A DNA stretch of 64,000 nt from Anaeromyxobacteraceae bacterium (GTDB lineage: Bacteria; Myxococcota; Myxococcia; Myxococcales; Anaeromyxobacteraceae). Where the stretch lies: positions 480,001 to 544,000 of the forward strand of contig JAULAX010000015.1 in NCBI GenBank assembly GCA_032654565.1. The letters run 5' to 3'. Below, piece by piece: positions 1 to 9,541 of the stretch (its first letter is position 1; every line of letters starts with the position of its first letter). Position numbers and translations under genes: made by a program. Below the pieces are notes generated by a model. The model was not told the DNA's origin. It did no database searches and saw only the letters and a list, made by a program, of their open reading frames with translations.

Positions 1-60
1 CAGGGCGATGGCCGTGGCGGCGAGCGCCTGGAGGGCGCGGCGGGCGGGGTTCCATTTCAA
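1..60 (-). CDS. 5' end of a putative secreted protein, running off the window edge
   Basis: TTG at 60-58 reads MKWNPARRALQALAATAIAL, which looks like a signal peptide; minus-strand TATAAC at 75-70. Confidence 0.45.
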   Translation of the reverse strand, partial: MKWNPARRALQALAATAIAL

Positions 61-87
61 GACCGGACGGTTATACTCCGCCGCCTC

Positions 88-1548
88 ATGGGGTACGACG
101 CCGTCTACGACAAGCTGAAGGACGAGTGCGGGATCTTCGGGATCTGGGGGCTCGGCCAGCAGGAGGAGGCGGCCAACTTCGCCTACCTGGGGCTGCACGC
201 CCTGCAGCACCGCGGGCAGGAGGCGGCCGGCATCGTCTCCACCGACGGCGAGACCCTGCACGTCCACCGCGACATGGGGCACGTCGCCGACATCTTCACC
301 GCCGAGGTCATCGCCCGCCTGAAGGGCGGCGCCGCCATCGGCCACGTCCGCTACTCGACCACCGGCGCCAGCCACGTCAAGAACGCCCAGCCCTTCGCCG
401 TGGAGTACGCCGGCGGGGCGGTGGCGGTCGGCCACAACGGCAACCTGGTCAACGCCGACCAGCTCCGCAGCGAGCTGGAGGCGCTCGGCTCCATCTTCAC
501 CTCCTCCAGCGACACCGAGGTGATCGTCCACCTCATCGCCCGCTCCCGGGTGCACGCCTCGCCCGGCTCGCCGGCCCACCTGGTGGCCTCGGTCCGCGAG
601 GCCCTGGGCCGGGTCTCCGGCGCCTACTCGCTGGTCTTCCTCACCCCCACCGCCATGGTCGGGGTCCGCGACCCCATGGGCTTCCGCCCGCTGGTGCTGG
701 GGCGGCTCAAGGGGCAGTGGGTGCTGGCCAGCGAGACCACCGCGCTCGACCTGATCGAGGCCGAGTACGTCCGCGAGGTGGAGCCGGGCGAGCTGATCGT
801 GGTCGACCGCGACGGGCTGCGCAGCGAGCGGCTCTTCCCCGACCGCCCCGCCGAGAAGCGGCTGGGCCGGTGCATCTTCGAGGCCATCTACTTCGCCCGC
901 CCCGACTCCATCCTCTTCGGCCGCTCGGTCTACGCCACCCGCCACGCCTTCGGGCGGCGGCTGGCCATCGAGCACCCGGTCCCCGCCGACCTGGTCATCC
1001 CGGTGCCCGACTCCGGCGTGCCGGCGGCCATCGGCTACGCCGAGCAGAGCGGCATCCCCTTCAACATGGGGCTGGTGCGCAGCCACTACGTCGGCCGCAC
1101 CTTCATCGAGCCCTCGGCGCAGATCCGCCACTTCGGCGTCAAGCTCAAGCTCAACGCCCTGAAGGACGTGCTCAAGGGCAAGCGGGTGGTGGTGGTGGAC
1201 GACTCGATCGTCCGCGGCACCACCAGCCGCAAGATCGTCAAGATGATCCGGGCCGCCGGGGCCAGCGAGGTGCACCTGCGCATCTCCTCGCCGCCCACCT
1301 CCTGGCCCTGCTACTACGGCATCGACACCCCGACGCGGCAGGAGCTGATCGCCTCCACGCACGACGAGCTGCAGATCGCCACCTACGTCACCGCCGACAC
1401 CCTCGGCTACCTGTCGCTGCCGGGGATGTACCAGGCCATCGGCGAGCCGCGCGAGACCTACTGCGACGCCTGCTTCTCGGGGGAGTACCTCATCGACTTC
1501 CCCAAGCGGCCGGCGGTGGCCCGCAGCCTGCGCGTGGTCGGGACCTAG
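88..1548 (+). CDS. purF: amidophosphoribosyltransferase
   Basis: Propeptide followed by ECGIFG (Ntn Cys), QHRGQE, GHVRYST, PRPP-binding VVVVDDSIVRGTT, C-terminal CDACF. Confidence 0.97.
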   Translation: MGYDAVYDKLKDECGIFGIWGLGQQEEAANFAYLGLHALQHRGQEAAGIVSTDGETLHVHRDMGHVADIFTAEVIARLKGGAAIGHVRYSTTGASHVKNAQPFAVEYAGGAVAVGHNGNLVNADQLRSELEALGSIFTSSSDTEVIVHLIARSRVHASPGSPAHLVASVREALGRVSGAYSLVFLTPTAMVGVRDPMGFRPLVLGRLKGQWVLASETTALDLIEAEYVREVEPGELIVVDRDGLRSERLFPDRPAEKRLGRCIFEAIYFARPDSILFGRSVYATRHAFGRRLAIEHPVPADLVIPVPDSGVPAAIGYAEQSGIPFNMGLVRSHYVGRTFIEPSAQIRHFGVKLKLNALKDVLKGKRVVVVDDSIVRGTTSRKIVKMIRAAGASEVHLRISSPPTSWPCYYGIDTPTRQELIASTHDELQIATYVTADTLGYLSLPGMYQAIGEPRETYCDACFSGEYLIDFPKRPAVARSLRVVGT

Positions 1549-1629
1549 GACCGCCACCTCACCCCGGCGAGGCGGCGCGGCCGACGTCGGGCGCCCGGAT
1601 TCAACCGCGGCGAGGCGAGACGGCTCGGC

Positions 1630-2601
1630 TCAGCGGGACTGTTGCCCCGCACCCCGCGCGCCCGCCGCGGCGCCCACGGTGGCGTTGGCGCCCGGTCCGG
1701 GGGTCGCGGCGCGCTCCTCCGACGCCCACGGCGCCAGCCGCTGCAGGGCGCCGGCGATGAGCGGGTCGGTGGGGGCCAGCCGCCGCGCCTCGCGCAGCCG
1801 GGCCACGGCCACCTCGATGCGGCCGGCGGTGAGGTGGGCGATCCCCTCGTCGAAGAGGTTCTGGGCGGCGGCGCTCCGGCCGCCGGCCCCGTTCGGCCCC
1901 ACCGTCGGCGCCGGCAGCTTGACGCCGGCCGAGGCCAGGGACTTCTCGGCGGCCGCCAGCGGCCCGTTCCAGGACTCGGGGGGCACGGCGTCGGCGGCGG
2001 CCAGCACCAGCAGCCGCCGGGCCAGCAGGGCGAAGATGGAGCCGCGCACCCGGTCGAAGGCCGAGCCGAGCTGGCGGGCCAGCGCCTCGATGGTGATCCC
2101 GGCGCCGATGCGGCGCAGCACCGCCACCTCCTCAGGGGAGAAGTCGGCGATGAAGCGGGGGGGCGGGCCGAGCCGCAGCATGGTCTGGCGCGGCAGCCGG
2201 TCGGGGAGGCGCTGCGAGGTGGCGGCGGCCTGGGGGTCGGCGCGCAGCAGCACGTCGAACCAGGCCGGGGGGGTGCGATCGGCCTGGAACTGGATGCCGA
2301 GGCGGGACGGGCTCTCGGCGCGGGTCCAGACCACCCGGCCGGTGGCCTCGATGGTCTGGCCGATGGCGTCGCAGTAGATCTTGAGCTTGAGGTCGCGCCC
2401 CGGGGCGGCGATGCGCGGGGTCACCAGCTGGCAGCCGAGCGGACCGAGGTCCTCGGTGGCGGCGGTCCAGGCGGAGAACCGGTCGCGGACCTCGACGCGG
2501 CAGCGGTGGGCCACTCGTGGTGCGCGCCTCGGATTGAGCAGCTCGTTCAGCACGGCCTTCCCCCTCTGCGTGTGAAGCGTAGATAACAGTCGGGCGAGCA
2601 T
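1630..2601 (-). CDS. PilZ-domain protein with a C-terminal TPR-like helical repeat
   Basis: RRAPR (RxxxR), DLGPLG and GRVVW...LGIQF PilZ pattern; C-terminal LFDEGIAHL...ARRLAPTDP is TPR-like. Confidence 0.7.
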   Translation of the reverse strand: MLARLLSTLHTQRGKAVLNELLNPRRAPRVAHRCRVEVRDRFSAWTAATEDLGPLGCQLVTPRIAAPGRDLKLKIYCDAIGQTIEATGRVVWTRAESPSRLGIQFQADRTPPAWFDVLLRADPQAAATSQRLPDRLPRQTMLRLGPPPRFIADFSPEEVAVLRRIGAGITIEALARQLGSAFDRVRGSIFALLARRLLVLAAADAVPPESWNGPLAAAEKSLASAGVKLPAPTVGPNGAGGRSAAAQNLFDEGIAHLTAGRIEVAVARLREARRLAPTDPLIAGALQRLAPWASEERAATPGPGANATVGAAAGARGAGQQSR

Positions 2602-2935
2602 GTGACATCAACCGATAAGGGGGCCAAACGCTTGTTTCTTTTCCGGGCCCCGAAAGGGGCTCGCCCGCCCCGGAGCCCAATCGAAGCGGCTCCGGACCGG
2701 GTCGCAGAGGGGGGCGATCGGGGAGGACCGGGAGTTGTCCCTGGCCACCGGCGACCGGGGTCCTCCGAGGTGGCCGAGGGGGGGGGTGGGGCAGTCCGCC
2801 GCGGGCCGACTCCGCCCCCCGTTGACGCGCCGTCCTACGTACCCCCGGTCTTGGTACACGTTCGGGGCGTGGCCGCCGGCGGAAGGCGATCGTCACGGAA
2901 GGCCCAATTTATAGGGTGATCGTGAGGATCCGAAG

Positions 2936-2964
2936 TTGACTCCCCGATCCGGAAGCGATATCAG
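2936..2964 (+). promoter_or_regulatory. sigma70-type promoter for the HU gene
   Basis: TTGACT-N17-TATCAG. Confidence 0.5.
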
Positions 2965-3024
2965 CTTGAGCCATCGCCGCCCTGTTACTCCAATCGACCA
3001 GTGGCGGCAGGAGGGTTCTCCGAC

Positions 3025-3312
3025 ATGACGCAGGCCCAGTTCTTCCAGGCGGTGGCCGAGACGGCCAATGTTTCCAAGGTGCAGGCCAAGGCGGTCTTCG
3101 CCGCGGTCGAAGAGGTTGTCCTGAAGCGGCTCAAGGCCGAGGGGAAGATCCCGCTCGGTGGCCTCGGCGCCGTGAAGCTGGTCGACCGGAAGGCCCGCAT
3201 CGGCCGCAACCCGGCCACCGGTGAGCAGATCAAGATCGCCGCCAAGACGGTGGTCAAGATCGCTCCGGCCAAGGGTCTCAAGGACGCCTTCAACAAGAAG
3301 GCGAAGAAGTAG
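3025..3312 (+). CDS. hup: HU family DNA-binding protein
   Basis: ARIGRNPATGEQIKI HU/IHF motif; GGAGG RBS before ATG 3025. Confidence 0.93.
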   Translation: MTQAQFFQAVAETANVSKVQAKAVFAAVEEVVLKRLKAEGKIPLGGLGAVKLVDRKARIGRNPATGEQIKIAAKTVVKIAPAKGLKDAFNKKAKK

Positions 3313-3335
3313 CTTCCGGTTTCCGAACCGTTTTC

Positions 3336-3370
3336 GACGCCCGTCGCGCACCCGCGCGGCGGGCGTTTTT
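3336..3370 (+). terminator. rho-independent terminator after HU
   Basis: ACGCCCGTCGCG...CGCGGCGGGCGT hairpin followed by a T-run. Confidence 0.8.
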
Positions 3371-3405
3371 ACGTGGGGCGCGCGGCCGCATCGCTGCGTA
3401 TCTCC

Positions 3406-3434
3406 TTGACAATCTCCACCCGCCCTTTTAGCGT
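3406..3434 (+). promoter_or_regulatory. sigma70-type promoter for nuoE
   Basis: TTGACA-N17-TAGCGT. Confidence 0.6.
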
Positions 3435-3479
3435 CCGGCCCCGTTCCACACGCTCCCGTAACCCCACTTTCGGACTCCC

Positions 3480-3989
3480 ATGACGAACCATGCAGGTGGT
3501 GTCGAGGGGCTGCCGCGAGAGAAGGTCGAGCAGTTCGACCGAGCGCTCGCCCCCATCCTCAAGCGGTACCCGCCCGACCGGCAGGCCTCGGCGATGATCC
3601 CGGCGCTCCGGCTGGGGCAGGCCCTGTTCGGGCACATCTCCCCGGCGGTGCAGGCGCTGGCCGCCGACCGGCTGGGCACCTCGCCGTCCCGCGCCGAGGA
3701 GGTGGCCACCTTCTACGTCATGCTGGAGACCCACCCCACCGGCAAGCACCTGGTCGAGCTCTGCACCAACATCTCCTGCTCGCTGATGGGCGGCGACCAG
3801 CTCTGGGGCTACCTGAAGAGGAAGCTGGCGCTGGAGAAGGCCGGCACCACCGCCGACGGCCGCTACAGCCTGCGCGAGGTGGAGTGCCTGGGCTCCTGCG
3901 GCACCGCCCCGGCCATGCTGGTGGACGAGGAGATGTACGAGCAGCTGACGCCGCAGAAGGTCGACTCCATCCTCAAGGGGCTCTCGTGA
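3480..3989 (+). CDS. nuoE: NADH-quinone oxidoreductase subunit E
   Basis: VATFY, CTNISC and ECLGSCGTAP 2Fe-2S motifs. Confidence 0.93.
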   Translation: MTNHAGGVEGLPREKVEQFDRALAPILKRYPPDRQASAMIPALRLGQALFGHISPAVQALAADRLGTSPSRAEEVATFYVMLETHPTGKHLVELCTNISCSLMGGDQLWGYLKRKLALEKAGTTADGRYSLREVECLGSCGTAPAMLVDEEMYEQLTPQKVDSILKGLS

Positions 3990-5317
3990 GCGACACGCTC
4001 GTCCTCTCCGCCCGCTGGGGCAGGCCCAACTCCGCCGCCCTCTCCACCTACCGGGCCGACGGCGGCTACGGCACGCTCGACAAGGCGCTCGGCCTCGACC
4101 CCGCGCTGATCGTCGACGAGGTGAAGAAGTCGAACCTGCGCGGCCGCGGCGGCGCCGGCTTCGCCACCGGCCTGAAGTGGACCTTCCTGCCGAAGGACAT
4201 CCGCCCCCGCTACCTGACCGTCAACGCCGACGAGTCGGAGCCCGGCACCTTCAAGGACCGCTACATCATCGAGCACGACCCGCACCAGCTCATCGAGGGG
4301 ATCGCGCTCACCTGCTACGCGCTCGACATCCACCTCGCCTACATCTACATCCGCGGCGAGTTCGCCAAGCAGGCCCGCATCCTCGAGGTGGCCATCGAGG
4401 AGGCCCGCGCCGCCGGCGTCATCGGGCCGAAGCTGCTCGGCAAGAAGGACTTCGACCTCGACATCCACGTGCACCGCGGCGCGGGCGCCTACATCTGCGG
4501 CGAGGAGTCGGCGCTGCTGGAGTCGCTGGAGGGCAAGAAGGGCTACCCGCGCCTCAAGCCGCCCTTCCCGGCGGTGGTGGGGCTGTGGGGCAAGCCGACC
4601 ATCATCAACAACGTCGAGACCATCGCCAACGTGCCGTGGATCGTGCAGCACGGCGGCGACGCCTTCGCGGCGCTGGGCACCGGCAAGTCGGGCGGCACCC
4701 GGCTCTTCGGCGTCTCCGGCCACGTCAACCGGCCGGGCGTCTACGAGAAGGCCTGCCACTACAACCTGAAGAAGCTGATCATGGAGGACGCCGGCGGCAT
4801 CGTCGGCGGCCGCGCCCTGAAGGCGGTCATCCCCGGCGGCTCCTCGTCGCCGGTGCTGGCGGCCCACGAGATCGACATCTCCATGGAGTTCGACGCCGTC
4901 AAGGCGGCCGGCTCGATGTCCGGCTCCGGCGGCGTCATCGTCTTCGACGAGTCGGCCTGCATGGTCCGGGCGCTGGCCCGGCTCTCCCGCTTCTACGCCG
5001 AGGAGTCCTGCGGCCAGTGCACGCCCTGCCGCGAGGGGACCAACTGGATGGAGGGGATCCTCCACAAGCTGGAGGCCGGCCACGGCACCGCCGCCGACGT
5101 CGACAAGCTGGAGCAGGTGGCCAACTCCATCGCCGGCAACACCATCTGCGCGCTCGGCGACGCCGCCGCCATGCCGGTGCAGTCCTTCATCAAGAAGTTC
5201 AAGCCCGAGTTCCTGCGCCACGCCGAGCAGCGCTGCTGCCCGTTCGGCGACCACGGCTGGGGGCTCACCCAGGCGCCGCAGGACGCGGTGGCCGGGCCCG
5301 TGAGGTACGCGCGATGA
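3986..5317 (+). CDS. nuoF: NADH-quinone oxidoreductase subunit F
   Basis: [47 protein letters not shown] start overlaps the nuoE stop. Confidence 0.96.
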   Translation: MSDTLVLSARWGRPNSAALSTYRADGGYGTLDKALGLDPALIVDEVKKSNLRGRGGAGFATGLKWTFLPKDIRPRYLTVNADESEPGTFKDRYIIEHDPHQLIEGIALTCYALDIHLAYIYIRGEFAKQARILEVAIEEARAAGVIGPKLLGKKDFDLDIHVHRGAGAYICGEESALLESLEGKKGYPRLKPPFPAVVGLWGKPTIINNVETIANVPWIVQHGGDAFAALGTGKSGGTRLFGVSGHVNRPGVYEKACHYNLKKLIMEDAGGIVGGRALKAVIPGGSSSPVLAAHEIDISMEFDAVKAAGSMSGSGGVIVFDESACMVRALARLSRFYAEESCGQCTPCREGTNWMEGILHKLEAGHGTAADVDKLEQVANSIAGNTICALGDAAAMPVQSFIKKFKPEFLRHAEQRCCPFGDHGWGLTQAPQDAVAGPVRYAR

Positions 5318-5832
5318 CGTCCGACCTGTTCACCGCCGAGCAGATCATCTTCTTCGTCTTCGCCATCCCGATGGTGCTGACCGCCCTCGGCGTGGTGGTG
5401 GCGCGCAGCCCCATGTACGCGGCCATGAGCCTGGTGGCCGCCTTCTTCTGCATGGCCGGCGTCTACGTGCTGCTCTCCGCCCACCTCATCGCCTTCATGC
5501 AGATCCTGGTCTACGCCGGGGCGGTGATGGTGCTCTTCCTCTTCGTCATCATGCTGCTCAGCCTGGGGCACGAGCAGCAGGAGGTGGAGCAGCTCAAGAA
5601 GATCCAGTGGCTCGGCTTCGTGCTCGGCGGCGGCGGCCTGATGGCGCTGCTGGCCTGGATCTCCCGCGAGGTGGCCGGCGCCGAGATGGCCCGGGTGGGC
5701 GCCGACTTCGGCACCGTCAAGGCGGTGGGGCGCGCCCTCTTCACCCAGTACCTGCTCCCCTTCGAGGCCACCAGCCTCCTGCTCACCGTGGCCATCGTCG
5801 GCGCGGTGGTGGTGGCCAAGGAGAAGATCTAG
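5314..5832 (+). CDS. nuoJ: NADH-quinone oxidoreductase subunit J
   Basis: [20 protein letters not shown] and [12 protein letters not shown] motifs; ATGA overlap. Confidence 0.94.
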   Translation: MTSDLFTAEQIIFFVFAIPMVLTALGVVVARSPMYAAMSLVAAFFCMAGVYVLLSAHLIAFMQILVYAGAVMVLFLFVIMLLSLGHEQQEVEQLKKIQWLGFVLGGGGLMALLAWISREVAGAEMARVGADFGTVKAVGRALFTQYLLPFEATSLLLTVAIVGAVVVAKEKI

Positions 5833-5834
5833 CC

Positions 5835-6143
5835 ATGGTCCCCGTGCAGTGGTTCCTGATGCTGGCGGCGGTGCTCTTCGGCATCGGCCTGGTGGGCGTG
5901 CTGGTCAAGCGCAACGCCCTCATCGTCATGATGTGCGTGGAGCTGATGCTCAACGCCGCCAACCTGACCTTCCTGGCCTTCTCCCGGCAGCAGGGGAACA
6001 TCGGCGGCCACGCCATCGCCTTCTTCGTCATCGCCGTGGCCGCGGCCGAGGCGGCGGTGGGCCTGGCCATCGTCATCGCCATCTACCGGACCCGCGGCTC
6101 GGTCAACGTGGACGAGGTCCGGGAGCTGCGCGAGGAGGCCTGA
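5835..6143 (+). CDS. nuoK: NADH-quinone oxidoreductase subunit K
   Basis: [12 protein letters not shown] and [10 protein letters not shown] motifs. Confidence 0.95.
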   Translation: MVPVQWFLMLAAVLFGIGLVGVLVKRNALIVMMCVELMLNAANLTFLAFSRQQGNIGGHAIAFFVIAVAAAEAAVGLAIVIAIYRTRGSVNVDEVRELREEA

Positions 6144-6187
6144 GCGGTCGTTTCCAGCCGGCGGGGAGAGCGAGGTAGAGTCGCGCC

Positions 6188-7189
6188 ATGCTCGCCCGCT
6201 GCGCCCGCTGCCAGGGCACCTTCACCACCGACGCCTTCGGCCTCCAGACCTGCCCCCACTGCGGCTCCGAGCTGATGCTCGCCGATCCGTCGGGGGGCTC
6301 GGCCCCGCCGCCGGTCCCGCCGCCGCCACCCGCCCCGCCGCCGCCCGCCGCCGCCGCCGAGCCGCCGCCCGTCCTTTCGTCCGGCCCGGCCGCAGCGACC
6401 CCCCCGCCCCCGCCGCCCACCGGCTGGCCTCCCCCGCCCAGCGGCTGGGGGCCGGTCCACCCGCCGCCGCCGCCCGACTGGACCGAGCAGGCCTCGCCCT
6501 TCGCCGACCGCTCCACCCGCGGCTTCTTCTCCGCCTTCTTCGAGACCTTCAAGCTGGTGGGGACGCAGCCGGCCGACTTCTTCCGCCGGGTCCGCGTCGA
6601 CCAGGCGGGCGCCGCCATCCTCTTCGGCGTCATCGGCTCGACGGTGGGCAACTGGGCGGCGCTGGTCTTCGGCGCCGTGACCCGCGTGGCCACCGTGGGC
6701 CAGCTGCAGGCCCGCATCTCCGAGCTGCCGCCCGAGGCGGCCAGGTTCATGGAGCAGCTCGCCGTCACCATCGAGGGGCTCACCTCGCCGGCGGCCACCG
6801 CGGTGCAGATGCTGCTGGCGCCGCTCATCGCCTTCATCTCCATCTACCTGGTGGCCGGGGTCATCCACCTGCTGCTCCTGCTCTTCAAGGGGGCGGGGCG
6901 TGGCTTCCAGGCCACCCTCACCGTGGTGGCCTACGCGAGCGGGCTCTACCTGGTCATGGCCATTCCCCAGTGCGGCGGGCTCATCGCCATCGTCTGGTTC
7001 CTCACCGTGCTCATCATCGGCCTCGGCGAGGCCCAGCGCTGCGGCCCCGGCAAGTCGGCGCTGGCGGTCTTCGCCCCCATGGTGCTGCTCTGCCTCTGCT
7101 GCTGCGGGCTCGGCGCCATCGGCGGGGCCGGCGCCTGGGGGGCCATCCAGCAGGCGGCCGAGGCCGCCCGGACCACCACCGTCAAGTGA
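6188..7189 (+). CDS. zinc-ribbon, Pro-rich, Yip1-like membrane protein
   Basis: N-terminal CxxC...CxxC, polyproline linker, five hydrophobic helices with P..FF and Yip1-like spacing. Confidence 0.7.
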   Translation: MLARCARCQGTFTTDAFGLQTCPHCGSELMLADPSGGSAPPPVPPPPPAPPPPAAAAEPPPVLSSGPAAATPPPPPPTGWPPPPSGWGPVHPPPPPDWTEQASPFADRSTRGFFSAFFETFKLVGTQPADFFRRVRVDQAGAAILFGVIGSTVGNWAALVFGAVTRVATVGQLQARISELPPEAARFMEQLAVTIEGLTSPAATAVQMLLAPLIAFISIYLVAGVIHLLLLLFKGAGRGFQATLTVVAYASGLYLVMAIPQCGGLIAIVWFLTVLIIGLGEAQRCGPGKSALAVFAPMVLLCLCCCGLGAIGGAGAWGAIQQAAEAARTTTVK

Positions 7190-7581
7190 CCTCCGCCGGC
7201 TCCACCGCGCGCCGCTTCGGCCACCTCGAGGTCTTCGCCGCCATCGCGGCGCTCTCCTTCCTGGTGGCCCGCTTCCTCCCGGTGCTGGGGCTCCCCTACA
7301 CCTGTCCGGCGCGCGGGCTGCTCGGGCTCCCCTGCGCCACCTGCGGCATGACCCACGCCTTCGTGGCCCTGGCCCACGGCGACCTGGCGGGGGCGCTGCA
7401 CGCCAGCCCGCTCGGCGCGCTGCTGGCGGCCGCGGCCTGGGGCTTCGCGCTGGTCGACTTCACGCTGCTGGCGCTGGGGCGCCCCTTCCCGCTGCCGTCG
7501 CAGGGCGCGCTGCGCCTGGCCACCGGCGCCGGGGTGGTGGCGCTGCTCCTCAACTGGGCCTGGCTGCTGGCCCGCGGCTGA
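7186..7581 (+). CDS. DUF2752-like membrane protein
   Basis: CP..GLLGLPCATCGMTHA motif; GTGA overlap with the upstream gene. Confidence 0.75.
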   Translation: MTSAGSTARRFGHLEVFAAIAALSFLVARFLPVLGLPYTCPARGLLGLPCATCGMTHAFVALAHGDLAGALHASPLGALLAAAAWGFALVDFTLLALGRPFPLPSQGALRLATGAGVVALLLNWAWLLARG

Positions 7582-7590
7582 CCGGACCAC

Positions 7591-8196
7591 ATGACCGACC
7601 TCGTCCTCGGCCCCATCCTCGTCGTCGCCGGCTACTTCTGCGGCTCCATCCCGTTCGGCCTGGTGACGGCCAGGCTCTTCCTCGGGGTCGACGTGCGCCA
7701 GGTGGGGAGCGGCAACATCGGCGCCACCAACGCCGCCAGGGCCGGCGGCAAGTGGCTGGGGGCGCTGGTGCTCCTGCTCGACTCGCTGAAGGCGGTGATC
7801 CCGGTGCTGCTCACCCAGCGCTGGCTGGGGAGCGGACCGCACGGCGACTACTGGGTGATGGGGGTCTCGGTGGCCGCCTTCGCCGGCCACCTCTTCCCGG
7901 TCTGGATCGGCTTCAAGGGGGGCAAGGGCGTGGCCACCGGCCTGGGCATCTTCCTGGTGCTGGCGCCGTGGGCGGCGCTGGCCGGCCTGGCCACCTGGGT
8001 GGGCGTCTACCTCGCCACCCGCATCTCCTCGGTCGGCTCGCTGGCGGGCTCGCTGGTCTGCGTGCTGGTGGGCTTCACGCTGCTCGGCCCCACGCCCATC
8101 GCCTGGGGCTGCGCCATGGTCGGCGCGCTCATCTGGTGGCGGCACCGGGAGAACATCGGGCGGCTGCTGCGCGGCGAGGAGGGCAAGGTGCGGTAA
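7591..8196 (+). CDS. plsY: glycerol-3-phosphate acyltransferase PlsY
   Basis: GSGNIGATNAAR, FKGGKGVAT, HRENI motifs. Confidence 0.95.
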   Translation: MTDLVLGPILVVAGYFCGSIPFGLVTARLFLGVDVRQVGSGNIGATNAARAGGKWLGALVLLLDSLKAVIPVLLTQRWLGSGPHGDYWVMGVSVAAFAGHLFPVWIGFKGGKGVATGLGIFLVLAPWAALAGLATWVGVYLATRISSVGSLAGSLVCVLVGFTLLGPTPIAWGCAMVGALIWWRHRENIGRLLRGEEGKVR

Positions 8197-8218
8197 TTCC
8201 TGGGGACCGCCCTCGCCT

Positions 8219-8302
8219 GACCCGACCGAGAGTTCCGCCGGACGGACGGGGGGTCCGCGGCGCGGCTGCTCCGCCGGACCCGACCGAGAGTTCCGCCAGA
8301 CG
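8219..8302. repeat. two direct copies of GACCCGACCGAGAGTTCCGCC (8219-8239, 8277-8297); putative REP-like units
   Basis: Exact 21-bp match at a 58-bp period, extendable to 26 bp with 1 mismatch; directly upstream of the RAYT gene. Confidence 0.85.
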
Positions 8303-8367
8303 ACCGGCAGTCCGCGCGGCGGACCGGGGTGTCTGGGAAATCCTTCGTGATGATGCAGGTCCCCAGG

Positions 8368-8382
8368 TGGAACGAGTCTTGC
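8368..8382 (+). promoter_or_regulatory. sigma54 (-24/-12) promoter of the RAYT gene
   Basis: TGGAAC-GAGTC-TTGC with exact GG-N10-GC spacing; 14 nt lie between it and ATG 8397. Confidence 0.6.
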
Positions 8383-8396
8383 CACCTTCCCGGGGC

Positions 8397-9284
8397 ATGA
8401 CCGCTCCTCGACAAGTTCTGTGCGGCACCACCTATCTGGTCACGCGCCGTTGCGCCAACCGCCAGTACTTGCTGCGGCCCTCCAAGGCCTCCAATCGCGC
8501 ATTCCTCTACTTGCTAGCAGTGGCCGCGGATCGCTACGGCGTGCAGGTCCACGCCTACTGCGTGATGTCGAACCACTACCATCTGGTGGTGACCGACCCC
8601 CGTGCCCGCTTGCCCGCCTGCCTGCAGTTCCTCGACGGGCTTGTGGCGCGAGTCGTCAACGCGCTGCTGGGGCGCCGGGACGACTTCTTCTGGGGCCCCG
8701 ACAGCTTCAGTGCAGTCGAACTGGCCACTCCCGAGGCCATCGTCGACAAGGCGGCCTACACCCTGGCCAACCCGGTCGCGGCCGGGCTGGTCCGCTCGGC
8801 CCGCCGCTGGCCGGGGCTCTGGTCGTCCCCAGAAACCGTGGGTACCTCCGCATGTCTGATTGAGCGCCCCGTCCATTTCTTCGACCCCAAGGGGACCCTG
8901 CCCAGCTCGGTTGCCCTCCGTCTCTCAACACCGCCCGGCTTCTCCACGGCCGAGGCGTTCAGGGAGCAGCTCTGCAGTGCGGTTGCCACCAAGGAGGCGG
9001 AGGCCGTCAAGAAGGTCAGGGCCTTCCTCGGCGCAGCGCGCGTGCTGGCGCAGAAGCCGACCGAACGGGCCAAGAGCGAGGAGTCGATCGGGATGCTCAA
9101 CCCGAGGGTGGCGGCGCGGGACCCGGAGAGGCGGGTCGCGGCGCTGCAGAGGCTGGTGAGCTTCCTCGCCGAGTACCGGTCGGCGCTAATGGAGTGGCGA
9201 CAGGGCAGGAAGGACGCAATCTTCCCTAGCGGGACGTACCAGATGCGAGTCGCCTACGGTGCCGCCTGCGCCGGAGCCGGGTAG
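8397..9284 (+). mobile_element. REP-associated tyrosine transposase (RAYT, Y1 HUH superfamily), 295 aa
   Basis: YLVTRRC, AYCVMSNHYHLV (HUH), catalytic Y in AYTLANPVAAGLV; C-terminal WRQG...FPSGTY extension. Confidence 0.88.
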
Positions 9285-9541
9285 AAGCAGGCGAAGCACC
9301 GGATCCCAAGTCGCCACCGCCCGCGCCCCGAGCCTGGAAAGCCTCGAGTGGCGCGGAGGTGCGCCCCGAACTCGGCGGAATCCCCGAAGCAGGGGGAATC
9401 GCGGTGGGAAGCGGGACCAGATCACCCATTTCCGCGGGTGAATTCAGCAGCCACGAGGCGGAGTCCAGACTCGTCCGATGCCGGAGGAGAGGAGTAGCCT
9501 GAGGCGCTCGAAGCCCTTCTCCCGGACGGGCGCGAGAAGCG

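Noticed and set aside
2602..2930. Hairpin-rich intergenic region (GCCCC-GAAA-GGGGC etc.) as a riboswitch or ncRNA upstream of the PilZ gene
   Set aside because: No c-di-GMP-I or other riboswitch consensus recognised; such hairpins are expected at this GC content. An Rfam scan would settle it
8219..8302. CRISPR mini-array
   Set aside because: Only two repeats, the sequences following them are similar to each other, and no cas genes are present
6900..9284. 794-aa ORF as one giant transposase
   Set aside because: Only the part from ATG 8397 has RAYT motifs; the upstream part overlaps the DUF2752-like gene and plsY in other frames
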